Part shown: piece by piece, positions 24,854-32,000 of the stretch
How the letters are laid out: each line of letters starts with the position of its first letter
Numbering within the stretch: position 1 is the first letter of the stretch
Source: Candidatus Lokiarchaeum ossiferum
GTDB lineage: Archaea > Asgardarchaeota > Lokiarchaeia > Sigyniarchaeales > Promethearchaeaceae
Reading direction: 5' to 3'
DNA: 32,000 nt
Assembly (NCBI GenBank): GCA_025839675.1
Contig: CP104013.1
Coordinates: 2,220,001-2,252,000, forward strand
Notes under the pieces: model-generated
Told to the model about the DNA's origin: nothing
The model's input: only the letters and a program-made list of their open reading frames with translations
The model's database searches: none
Program-made: the position numbers and the translations under genes

Positions 24854-25126
24854 ATGCGAGGAAATCGAAGATCCCATGCTATGCGACGCTTGATGCGACG
24901 CTTGCCAGGTAATACTACCACCACCCATTTTGTACGAAGAAGACCAAAATACGCTCACTGTCCAATAACGGGTCAAGTACTCCACGGAGTTCCCCGATTA
25001 CGACCTGCTCAAGTTCGAAAATTAACCAAAACCGAACGAAGACCAAGTCGGCCATATGGTGGAAAAATCTCCCACACTGCTTTAGCAAATGCAATTCGGG
25101 CTAAAGTTTTAGAAGATCGCAATTAA
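24854..25126 (+). CDS. rpl34e: 50S ribosomal protein eL34
   Basis: 90 aa, very basic. HCPITGQVLHGVPRLRP...RPSRPYGG matches the eL34 pattern. Confidence 0.9.
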   Translation: MRGNRRSHAMRRLMRRLPGNTTTTHFVRRRPKYAHCPITGQVLHGVPRLRPAQVRKLTKTERRPSRPYGGKISHTALANAIRAKVLEDRN

Positions 25127-25177
25127 AATCAGCGATTACAGAATTAAGTTCTCTTTTTTTTCATCCTTCTTACTTAA

Positions 25178-25789
25178 CTACGAAAAATTTTGCTTTAGAA
25201 AATCAGCAAGGTTTTGAAAATCTTTAAACAAATGAGATTTTAAACCTATTCGACTGGCGGCCGCACTATGAGTGTGAGAATCATCTATATACACAGCTTC
25301 TGAGGGTTTTATACCCAATGTTTTCAAGGCAAAGTGAAAAATTCCAGGATTAGGTTTTATCAAACCAATGCTGGATGAATTGATAATATAATCAAAAGTA
25401 TTAGAAATCGAGAGAGTCGAAAGATCTTCAGTTAGTTTATTGGTTGCATTGGTTAATAATGCCAAAGTTGCACCTTTATTACGGTATGAAGTATACAAAT
25501 CCAATATTTCATAATTAATTATACCTGGAAATGAAGACCAATCCCTTATTAATTTCATACTATCTTGGGCAGGTAAAAATTCCTGAATCCGAGAGGTAAT
25601 ATTTCTTCTCCACTCACTATCTGAGATTTCTCCCACCATCGCTTGATTCAAATCAGGATACCCAAAGGTAGTGTGCAAAAGAGTTCCTTGGGGAAGACCA
25701 TAACGCGTTTCAAACCCGGAATTCCTCTGGGCAGGAAAAAATCTAAGCACCCCATCTAAATCGGTAATAATTGCCTTCATGAAGATCAA
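25178..25789 (-). CDS. HAD superfamily hydrolase (subfamily IA-like)
   Basis: 203 aa. Motif I IITDLDGVL, motif II LLTNATN, motif III KPNPGIF, motif IV VYIDDS. Alternative start ATG 25780. Confidence 0.85.
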   Translation of the reverse strand: MIFMKAIITDLDGVLRFFPAQRNSGFETRYGLPQGTLLHTTFGYPDLNQAMVGEISDSEWRRNITSRIQEFLPAQDSMKLIRDWSSFPGIINYEILDLYTSYRNKGATLALLTNATNKLTEDLSTLSISNTFDYIINSSSIGLIKPNPGIFHFALKTLGIKPSEAVYIDDSHTHSAAASRIGLKSHLFKDFQNLADFLKQNFS

Positions 25790-25831
25790 AATGTTAAAAA
25801 GTTAATATTGTATCCTAAATTGAATTAAAAT

Positions 25832-26383
25832 ATGAATTTTTCCTTTGCGGGATTACATGGAACCGGAAAAAGCACAATTGCGAAAAAAGTTGCGGACCAT
25901 CTAAACTATACTTTTTATTCCACCGGCATGGCTTTTCGAGAGTTAGCCAAAGAAAAAAACATGTCTTTAGAAGATTTCTCTCTATACGCTGAAGATCATT
26001 TTGAAATTGATAAAGAATTAGATGGAAAAATCCTAAAATTAGCCCAAACGGGTGAAAATTATGTATTTGAAGGACAACTTCCAACATATATGTTAGGAGA
26101 ACTCAAAGATTTTGCGATCTTATTAGTATGTGATGAAAAAGTACGTATTGAACGGATGATGGACCGTGATGTCCGTACTTTTGAAGCTCAACGGCACGAG
26201 ACACTAGTACGGGAAGAAAGTGAACGCCAACGGTTCATTGACATTTACCAAATCGATGTTTTAGATCCTGCCACCATGCACAACACTTTCGATTTAATCA
26301 TTAATACGACACATTTGGGGATAAATGCAATCTTCAACATCTGTATTACAGCGCTCACGGAATTTATTCATGGTCAGCGTTAA
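25832..26383 (+). CDS. cmk: Cytidylate kinase, archaeal type
   Basis: 183 aa. P-loop GLHGTGKST, FRELAKEKNMSLEDFS, EIDKELD. It occupies the conserved archaeal position between the eL34 and eL14 genes. Confidence 0.85.
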   Translation: MNFSFAGLHGTGKSTIAKKVADHLNYTFYSTGMAFRELAKEKNMSLEDFSLYAEDHFEIDKELDGKILKLAQTGENYVFEGQLPTYMLGELKDFAILLVCDEKVRIERMMDRDVRTFEAQRHETLVREESERQRFIDIYQIDVLDPATMHNTFDLIINTTHLGINAIFNICITALTEFIHGQR

Positions 26384-26563
26384 GAAAAAAAACGAAAAAT
26401 CAAAAATTTTTTAATTTTTGCTGTATTGATCAAAATATTCTCAGCGGTTTTGTTTTTACAAAATGCTTAGAAACATTAAGATATCACCTTGGTTGAAATC
26501 TGAACTGCGGTGAGATCTTGTGTAAACTCCGTTTATGGTGACATAAATGAGGTGTTTCATACC

Positions 26564-26833
26564 ATGCCAGTATTCGAAGTAGGTCGTGTTGCATATAAAA
26601 CTCTCGGAAGAGAGGCAGGTCTTGCCTGCGTAATTGTAGAAGTAATCGACAAATCATATGTGTTAGTCGATGGAATCAAAGTTCGACGACGACGTGCCAA
26701 TGTTCGTCATCTTGCTCCAACCCCTGAAAAAATTGACATCAAAAAAGGTGCAAAAACCGCCGCTGTCAAAAAAGCAGTAATTGCTGCTAAAATGGAAGAG
26801 AAATTTTCCAATCGAATGAAATTAGATTTGTAA
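26564..26833 (+). CDS. rpl14e: 50S ribosomal protein eL14
   Basis: The ORF is listed from GTG 26510, but homology starts at MPVFEVGRVAYKTLGREAGLACVIVEVIDKSYVLVDG...RRRRANVRHLAPT (ATG 26564). SD-like GAGGTG sits at 26547-26552. Confidence 0.88.
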   Translation: MPVFEVGRVAYKTLGREAGLACVIVEVIDKSYVLVDGIKVRRRRANVRHLAPTPEKIDIKKGAKTAAVKKAVIAAKMEEKFSNRMKLDL

Positions 26834-26864
26834 GCTTCATTCTCTTTTACTTTTTTCCTCCCAA

Positions 26865-26949
26865 GCACTCGTCGCCTAGTCGTATGACGCTGGACTGGAA
26901 ATCCAGTGCGGTCCTCCGCCCGTGGGTTCAAATCCCATCGAGTGCGCCA
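26865..26949 (+). tRNA. tRNA-Ser (anticodon GGA), CCA encoded
   Basis: Acceptor GCACTCG/CGAGTGC. Anticodon arm CTGGA-CTGGAAA-TCCAG. Long variable arm GCGG-TCCT-CCGC. T arm GTGGG-TTCAAAT-CCCAT. Discriminator G followed by CCA. The D arm is atypical (GCC...GAC with a C-A mismatch and no GG in the loop). Confidence 0.75.
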
Positions 26950-26956
26950 TCATTTT
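26935..26956 (+). repeat. 22-bp direct repeat, copy 1 (tRNA-Ser 3' end; att-like)
   Basis: ccatcgagtgcgccatcatttt covers the T-stem 3' strand, the acceptor 3' strand, CCA and 7 nt of flank. It is identical to 28026..28047. Confidence 0.85.
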
Positions 26957-27093
26957 CCTGCATTCTAAATGCGATTTGAAATTAATTTTTAATCAAATCA
27001 ATTATGACTCTTTTGATTACATGATTATATCTTACAAATGTTATGATTTTCAATCCAAGATTAATTTCAGGCATTTTAAAAGAATAAAAAAAA

Positions 27094-27876
27094 TTATAAT
27101 GAAATCCAGGTACTTGCATCTTTAATTATGTTTGGATTTTGGTCTGAATCTGTTTGGAAAATCTCAATTGAAGTGAATATTCCGTTCTTATCAGAACTAA
27201 ATTCAATCTTAGCAACATTCTCATCAATGAAGTAGACCATATTTTCAAGAAGAAGATCATCAATTGTTAAGTTTGCAGAATTATTAAAGTATCCAACAAA
27301 AAAACCATGGACTATTTCGTTTGTTTGATTGATAGGAATAGTATAATTTGGATTACTTGAAGCAAAATCAGTATGCCATATGGAAGGAAACAATGAAATG
27401 TCGACGATTCCATCCTTAATATGAATATAATTGTCGGAAAAGTTATAATTACGAGTAGTAGTTCCTGAACTAACTCCACCGGATTGCATTGAACTCATTA
27501 AAGAGCAAGTATATATAATAGAATCATTTGAAAGTACAATTTTTCTGTAAAATAATTTTGCTATAGTATTGAATTGATTACTATAATTTCTAGTATTTTG
27601 ATTATATCTATGGGAAAAAGTAAGATCTTGTTCAGAAGAATTCCAATAAATTTCACTTGATGTATTAAAAAAAAACATCTCCCCAGGAGATTGTATTTCA
27701 TCTTCAGAATTAATATCATCCTTAATATGAAGATTATTTCCAAAATAAATTATAGAAAATGTGCTTAAATTAGTAATGATTAACATAAGACCAATGCATA
27801 AAATTGATTTCCTGGTAGTTAAGAAATACCACTCAAATTTATTGTTTTTTTGAACCATAATAAAGATTAGATTCAC
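27094..27876 (-). CDS. Hypothetical membrane-anchored, Asn-rich extracellular protein
   Basis: 260 aa. N-terminal TM (ILCIGLMLIITNLSTFSIIYF). Many N-x-S/T sequons (NTS, NSS, NYS, NDS, NFS, NQT, NNS, NLT). I recognise no family. The start may be ATG 27858 (MVQKNN). Confidence 0.55.
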   Translation of the reverse strand: MNLIFIMVQKNNKFEWYFLTTRKSILCIGLMLIITNLSTFSIIYFGNNLHIKDDINSEDEIQSPGEMFFFNTSSEIYWNSSEQDLTFSHRYNQNTRNYSNQFNTIAKLFYRKIVLSNDSIIYTCSLMSSMQSGGVSSGTTTRNYNFSDNYIHIKDGIVDISLFPSIWHTDFASSNPNYTIPINQTNEIVHGFFVGYFNNSANLTIDDLLLENMVYFIDENVAKIEFSSDKNGIFTSIEIFQTDSDQNPNIIKDASTWISL

Positions 27877-28025
27877 TTTTTATTTAAGTTCAATTGTCAA
27901 TTAACTTCAAAATAACCAAGTGATCTTTAGAATTTTGTATGCACTTGTTTAACTCGTTTTTGAACTTCCTATATAAGGAGTGCATGAATCCTAGAGAGTG
28001 CACATACGTAAGAATCGACTACACT

Positions 28026-28047
28026 CCATCGAGTGCGCCATCATTTT
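28026..28047 (+). repeat. 22-bp direct repeat, copy 2 (orphan tRNA-Ser 3' end; att-like)
   Basis: Exact 22/22 match to 26935..26956. There is no intact tRNA body in front of it. Confidence 0.85.
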
Positions 28048-28270
28048 TCTACCCACATTACTCAATTTGAGAATATTTTATATCCAAAACAAGAGTTTAT
28101 CACCATTATATGTTATTATCTGGTGAAAACGTTATCTTAGTCGAACAACGATCTATTTTAGGTGCTTTAATGAGTGAGAAATAAGTAACTAATCGGAATT
28201 TGATGCAAAGACCTTATATGCATTTTTAAATTTTATATAGATATAATTATTCTTATTAGAGGCAGAATAG

Positions 28271-28802
28271 TTGGAGAAAAAAAAATATGGATTCTTTGTA
28301 CTATTTGGGTTGATTATAGGTGCCACTCTTTCTGGTTTTATTATCAATGAAAAAATCAAAAGTAAATTAGCTAAAGATCAAAACAAAATTTTTTTTCAAA
28401 GTTTACCGGAAAATTTTTTTGTACATTAATTTGAAAGTACTTTGAAATATGATTACGGTCGATTCAATTTTGATGTTCTAAGAATAATCGGAAATAATAC
28501 TCAAAGTAGTATAACGATTGGCAATGAAGATAAAAATTTAAATCTGTCTTGTGATATCAATAGTAATTATTTAGATCTTCGAAATTGAAATCAAATTAGA
28601 GCCTAAAACTAAAACAATTGATGAAAATCAAATATTCAATATACCAGGATATATTTCTGGATATGTTCCTCTCTCTCTAATCATTGGGATTCTTATTGTC
28701 TATTTTGCTAATCTTCAGAAGAAAAAAATTCAAAAATTGACCTGTAATCTCATAAGTTCCCCTTTTCTTCAAATTAGTTTTTTTCATGAACTTCAAAAGT
28801 AA
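28271..28802 (+). pseudogene. Possible disrupted small surface-protein gene (in-frame TAA plus frameshift)
   Basis: TTG 28271 opens MEKKKYGFFVLFGLIIGATLSGFII...FFVH, followed by TAA at 28427. The same frame continues FESTLKYDYGRFNFDVLRIIGNNTQSSITIGNEDKNLNLSCDINSNYLDLRN to TGA at 28586. The +1 frame then reads ...IDENQIFNIPGYISGYVPLSLIIGILIVYFANLQKKKIQK. No ORF of 60 aa or more is listed in this ~900-bp stretch. Confidence 0.3.
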
Positions 28803-28827
28803 TCTAAGTTTTTTTTATTCTCTTAAA

Positions 28828-29781
28828 TTACCCCGTTTCATTGTTGTTTCCAATTGAAATAATAATATTTCCTTTTTTATGGCCAATTTCAACATATTTA
28901 TGGGCTTCAGCAATTTTTTCTAAAGGATAACTTTTATCTACAACAGATTTTAGTTTTCCTAAATGCATAAGATCTGCTAGGAAGAGTAAATCCTCATTAC
29001 TTTTTTTCATTACTCCTTGACTAACTGTCAGGAAACTGCCATTTGGATATAAAAGTTCTCGACATTTTGAAAAAGAAGTTTTTCCAACAGCATCAAAAAT
29101 ATAATCATAAAGAGTTCCACTTTTTGTATAATCATCCTTAGTGTAATCTATCACAACATCTGCGCCCAAATTTTTTACTAAAACTAAATTCGTAGTACTA
29201 CATACACCAGTAACTTCTGCCCCAAAGTATTTCGCAAGCTGAACCGCAAAAGTACCTACAGATCCTGAAGCACCATAGATTAGCATTTTTTGTCCTTTTT
29301 GGATGTTAACTTTTCTTAGATAAAATAATGCAGTCAACCCACCAATTGGAAGTGCGGCTGCTTCTTCATACGATAGATTATCGGGTTTGAGTACCATTAT
29401 ATTAGGCCCTAGAAGAAAATGGGAAGTTGGTTCTTCTGTTAAGCAGATATATTCACCATAGGCACCAAAACTAGGAGAGGCAATAACTTTATCGCCTATT
29501 TTGAATCTGGTAACATTTTTACCTATTGCCTCAATTTCCCCCGCCAACTCGCGCCCTTGAATAGTTTTCCTTGGCTTGCGGATACCAAATATTAATCGAG
29601 CGATGAATCGTACCATTGGGGGGAATTTCGACATTCCACTTCGAAGTACAACATCGGCTTGGGTGACTGTTGTAGCATGAATTCTAATCATGACTTCTTT
29701 GTTCTTTGGGAGTTGTTGCTTAACATCTTCTACCTTCAAAACTTCAGGATGACCATATTGTTTACAAACTGCTGCCTTCAT
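28828..29781 (-). CDS. NAD(P)H:quinone oxidoreductase-like MDR family dehydrogenase
   Basis: 317 aa. MKAAVCKQYGHPEVLKVEDV, GRELAGEIEAIGKNVTRFKIGDKV, LIYGASGSVGTFAVQLAKYFGAEVTGV (zeta-crystallin/QOR type, no structural-zinc Cys cluster). Confidence 0.85.
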   Translation of the reverse strand: MKAAVCKQYGHPEVLKVEDVKQQLPKNKEVMIRIHATTVTQADVVLRSGMSKFPPMVRFIARLIFGIRKPRKTIQGRELAGEIEAIGKNVTRFKIGDKVIASPSFGAYGEYICLTEEPTSHFLLGPNIMVLKPDNLSYEEAAALPIGGLTALFYLRKVNIQKGQKMLIYGASGSVGTFAVQLAKYFGAEVTGVCSTTNLVLVKNLGADVVIDYTKDDYTKSGTLYDYIFDAVGKTSFSKCRELLYPNGSFLTVSQGVMKKSNEDLLFLADLMHLGKLKSVVDKSYPLEKIAEAHKYVEIGHKKGNIIISIGNNNETG

Positions 29782-29792
29782 TTCAATCCTCT

Positions 29793-30398
29793 TTATTTTA
29801 ATCCTCGTAAAAAAATCTCCAATCCTGTTCGAACATCTTTTAGCACATTCTCATATTCTTTGGAAGAAATAGATTTGTTTTTATCCATGCCCATATAATT
29901 TTCTTTTATTCCATCGGCTAAAACAAACATGAAATCGCTCATTTTCTCCACATCACATTCTTGTATCTGATTTTTTTGAATGCAACCTTTTAATAGGTTG
30001 GCTACGAATAATCTCTCATCCTGTTCAATTTTGTAAAATGTTGCTAATCCCGAGCTCATTAAGTGCTGCAATTTCTCAGGTTCAATTTCGGTAATTTGGG
30101 GAAGAAGAATTGCCTTTTTCATCCAAAAATTGAGTTTTTCTTCAAAATACACAAGGATTTTCTTTTCACAAACCATATCCTCTTCTATTTTCTCATGTAA
30201 TTTAGTAATAAATTCTTGAAATTCATTGAGTACCAATGTTGTGAAAATTTCTTCTTTACTTTTGAAGTAATGATAAATGGAGGTCTTGTCAAACCCCACT
30301 ATTTTACCAATATCGCCAAGTGTTGTTTTCTTGTATCCGAATTTTGCGAAACATTCACCTGCAGCGATCAAAATTTGTTCTTTTTTATTTTGAGGCAT
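29793..30398 (-). CDS. TetR/AcrR family transcriptional regulator
   Basis: HTH KKEQILIAAGECFAKFGYKKTTLGDIGKIVGFDKTSIYHYFKSKEEIF. The ORF is listed from 30467, but homology begins at MPQNKKEQ (ATG 30398). It lies 11 bp upstream of the oxidoreductase gene, so a likely operon. Confidence 0.85.
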   Translation of the reverse strand: MPQNKKEQILIAAGECFAKFGYKKTTLGDIGKIVGFDKTSIYHYFKSKEEIFTTLVLNEFQEFITKLHEKIEEDMVCEKKILVYFEEKLNFWMKKAILLPQITEIEPEKLQHLMSSGLATFYKIEQDERLFVANLLKGCIQKNQIQECDVEKMSDFMFVLADGIKENYMGMDKNKSISSKEYENVLKDVRTGLEIFLRGLK

Positions 30399-30684
30399 AA
30401 CTATCATTTTCCAAATATTCAAACGATATAATGGAACATTGGATTGATAGGTTATTAAATTTTTCATTTTTTTGGATTATAAAATTCTGAGATATTATTT
30501 ACCCTGAATAAAATTTGTAGCTCAGAAACATCTTGAGAAGCTGTATAATAGTAAAGGATTACTTCAATCCTCATTTCAATAGATAATAGTAAAATCGAGT
30601 ATTTTAAAAATTGATTCAGATGCAATATAAAAAAAAAGGAATATTCGCTACTACAAAAGTTTTTTGGGAAAACAAAACCAGATA

Positions 30685-31470
30685 TCACAATCGATACAAA
30701 CACTTGAAATTATTAGATACTTGTTTAACAACAGAATCTAACTTCTTTCCTGTTTTTTCACAATATAAGTGATAATTTGAAATAACATCCTCTGGAGAGC
30801 TCTTTCCTTTTTCATTTTGAACAGAATAAGCATAAGGAGAATCAGTCTCAAATAACAAGCGGTCAAAGGGAATACTATCAATCCAAAATACCATTTCGGG
30901 TTCATCAAAATGATGATAATAGGAAAGTGAGAAATAACACCCTAAATCAATAAAATCTTGCATGAAAGTCTGAGTTATTTGGGTGCCATGGATATGGACA
31001 CGCATTTCTTCAGCATGATGCTTCCTTAAAATAGCGAGTAAATCAGCATCAGAATATAATGAATGAATTACAAGCGGTAAATCAAATTCTTTGGCCAGAA
31101 GAATTTCTTGTTCAAGGATGTACTGTTGTGCTTTGGGTGCATAATTGGGAGTTATTTCTGCATAATAATCAAGACCCACCTCCCCAATAGCTTCTGGGTT
31201 ATTTTTTTCCACATTGGTTCGCAATAATTTTAGATATTCTTGGTGCTTAGATCTATCCTTGGCAAGGTTGCGATTAATAGCGATTGCACTCAAAATTTTA
31301 GGATATTTTTTTTCATGTTCAATTAAATGAAAATAGTCCGGTGTGCTTGTATTACTCACAATATAATCCAAATTATTTTCTTGCATCAATTTGTTAATTG
31401 CAGCAAGATGTTCTGGAATATTTTGGGAAGATTCCTTGTATATTAAATGACAATGGGCGTCAATAAACAT
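30685..31470 (-). CDS. tatD: TatD family metal-dependent hydrolase
   Basis: 261 aa. MFIDAHCHL, AIGEVGLDY, LPLVIHS, HIHG, ETDSPY are the TatD metal-ligand motifs. Confidence 0.88.
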   Translation of the reverse strand: MFIDAHCHLIYKESSQNIPEHLAAINKLMQENNLDYIVSNTSTPDYFHLIEHEKKYPKILSAIAINRNLAKDRSKHQEYLKLLRTNVEKNNPEAIGEVGLDYYAEITPNYAPKAQQYILEQEILLAKEFDLPLVIHSLYSDADLLAILRKHHAEEMRVHIHGTQITQTFMQDFIDLGCYFSLSYYHHFDEPEMVFWIDSIPFDRLLFETDSPYAYSVQNEKGKSSPEDVISNYHLYCEKTGKKLDSVVKQVSNNFKCLYRL

Positions 31471-31670
31471 CTTAATCTAATTATATAATGAGTGAGACGA
31501 ATATATATTTTTAACAAAGTTATCACGTCAGTTTGATTAAATCTTTTCAATAAGCCATTGCTTGCTTTTAGGAAAGATTCATTCAATCAATAATTTGAAC
31601 ATTATCAACACTTTCTATTCTCTTAAATGATAGGCGGAGTTTTATTAAGGGATTTTAAATTTGATTAGAT

Positions 31671-32000
31671 ATGCCTCCCTTAACCAACAACAAATTAAAA
31701 AAAATTCTTAAAAGAATTAATGCCAATACTAATCTTTCGAAAAAATACAAATCACAATGGAAAACCCTCGTGAACTTCTTGGGAAACACTTTTGGGATCA
31801 AAATCGAGGCTGTAATTAAGGTAGGCACAATATCTAAAGAATCCAATAATGAAATGTGTGATTATGAAATCATTTTTACTCCTGATCCATATAAGGAATG
31901 TCAGGAACTCTACCCCTTGATTATAACCCGATTTCAAGAAATGAATCCGGATGATAATATCTCCTCGATTGAAAATAAGTTAAAATTGCGGTATAAAAAT
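31671..32000 (+). CDS. Hypothetical protein, 3' end beyond the window (not in the supplied ORF track)
   Basis: ATG 31671 follows TGA at 31662. The frame stays open for 110 codons to the window end (MPPLTNNKLKKILKRINANTNLSKKYKSQWKTLVNFLGNTFGIKIEAVIKVGTISKESNNEMCDYEIIFTPDPYKECQELYPLIITRFQEMNPDDNISSIENKLKLRYKN). It overlaps and supersedes the two short minus-strand ORFs listed here. Confidence 0.5.
   Translation, partial: MPPLTNNKLKKILKRINANTNLSKKYKSQWKTLVNFLGNTFGIKIEAVIKVGTISKESNNEMCDYEIIFTPDPYKECQELYPLIITRFQEMNPDDNISSIENKLKLRYKN

Noticed and set aside
25815-26087. 90-aa ORF antisense to cmk.
   Set aside because: It is fully contained in the well-supported cytidylate kinase gene on the other strand, and its product has no recognisable features.
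26707-27125. ORFs 26707..26931(-) and 26922..27125(+).
   Set aside because: The first is antisense to rpl14e and runs through the tRNA-Ser gene. The second starts inside the tRNA and continues into AT-rich intergenic DNA. Neither has motifs.
27951-28043. Possible second, degenerate tRNA: GCACTTG at 27951 can pair with the orphan CGAGTGC acceptor 3' strand.
   Set aside because: No D, anticodon or T arms can be formed from the intervening 70 nt. The 7-nt complementarity is most likely fortuitous, so only the 22-bp 3' repeat is reported.
30464-30703. 79-aa ORF between the TetR and TatD genes.
   Set aside because: It overlaps both neighbours' ends and is AT-rich and low-complexity. The region is more plausibly the TetR promoter/operator and the TatD 3' flank.
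31655-31937. Minus-strand ORFs 31655..31846 and 31752..31937.
   Set aside because: A longer plus-strand frame (ATG 31671 to the window end, 110 codons, unbroken) covers the same DNA and gives a more protein-like sequence.

Overview
This is a visibly AT-rich archaeal chromosomal segment. The archaeal markers are ribosomal proteins eL34 and eL14 flanking an archaeal-type cytidylate kinase, a NadM-type NMN adenylyltransferase, a proteasome alpha-type gene, and a tRNA with a canonical bulge-helix-bulge intron. A protein with good similarity to eukaryotic ESCRT-I Vps28 points to an Asgard (Lokiarchaeia-like) origin; that assignment is inference, not a search result.

Housekeeping genes: valS, rtcA, NAD salvage genes, two tRNAs, tatD.

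Accessory content: two alpha/beta-hydrolase-membrane fusions, a BspA/DUF285-type repeat surface protein, a MarR+NmrA pair, a TetR+quinone oxidoreductase pair, and an MFS transporter.

I recognised no rRNA, CRISPR array, transposase or integrase.

Most interesting observations:
1. A proteasome alpha-type subunit is fused to an N-terminal ribbon-helix-helix domain and sits divergent to an AbrB-like gene.
2. A Vps28-like gene lies away from other ESCRT genes, next to a zinc-ribbon polytopic membrane protein.
3. A three-gene cluster encodes two paralogous coiled-coil proteins (one with a polyproline tail) and a MIT/TPR-like protein.
4. Cargo genes are bracketed three times by same-orientation duplicates of the 3' end of a host gene (FMN-dependent dehydrogenase, MFS transporter, tRNA-Ser), with no recombinase gene in sight.
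5. A tRNA-Ile carries a UAU anticodon and a 45-nt intron.

All homology calls come from reading motifs by eye; no database search was run.
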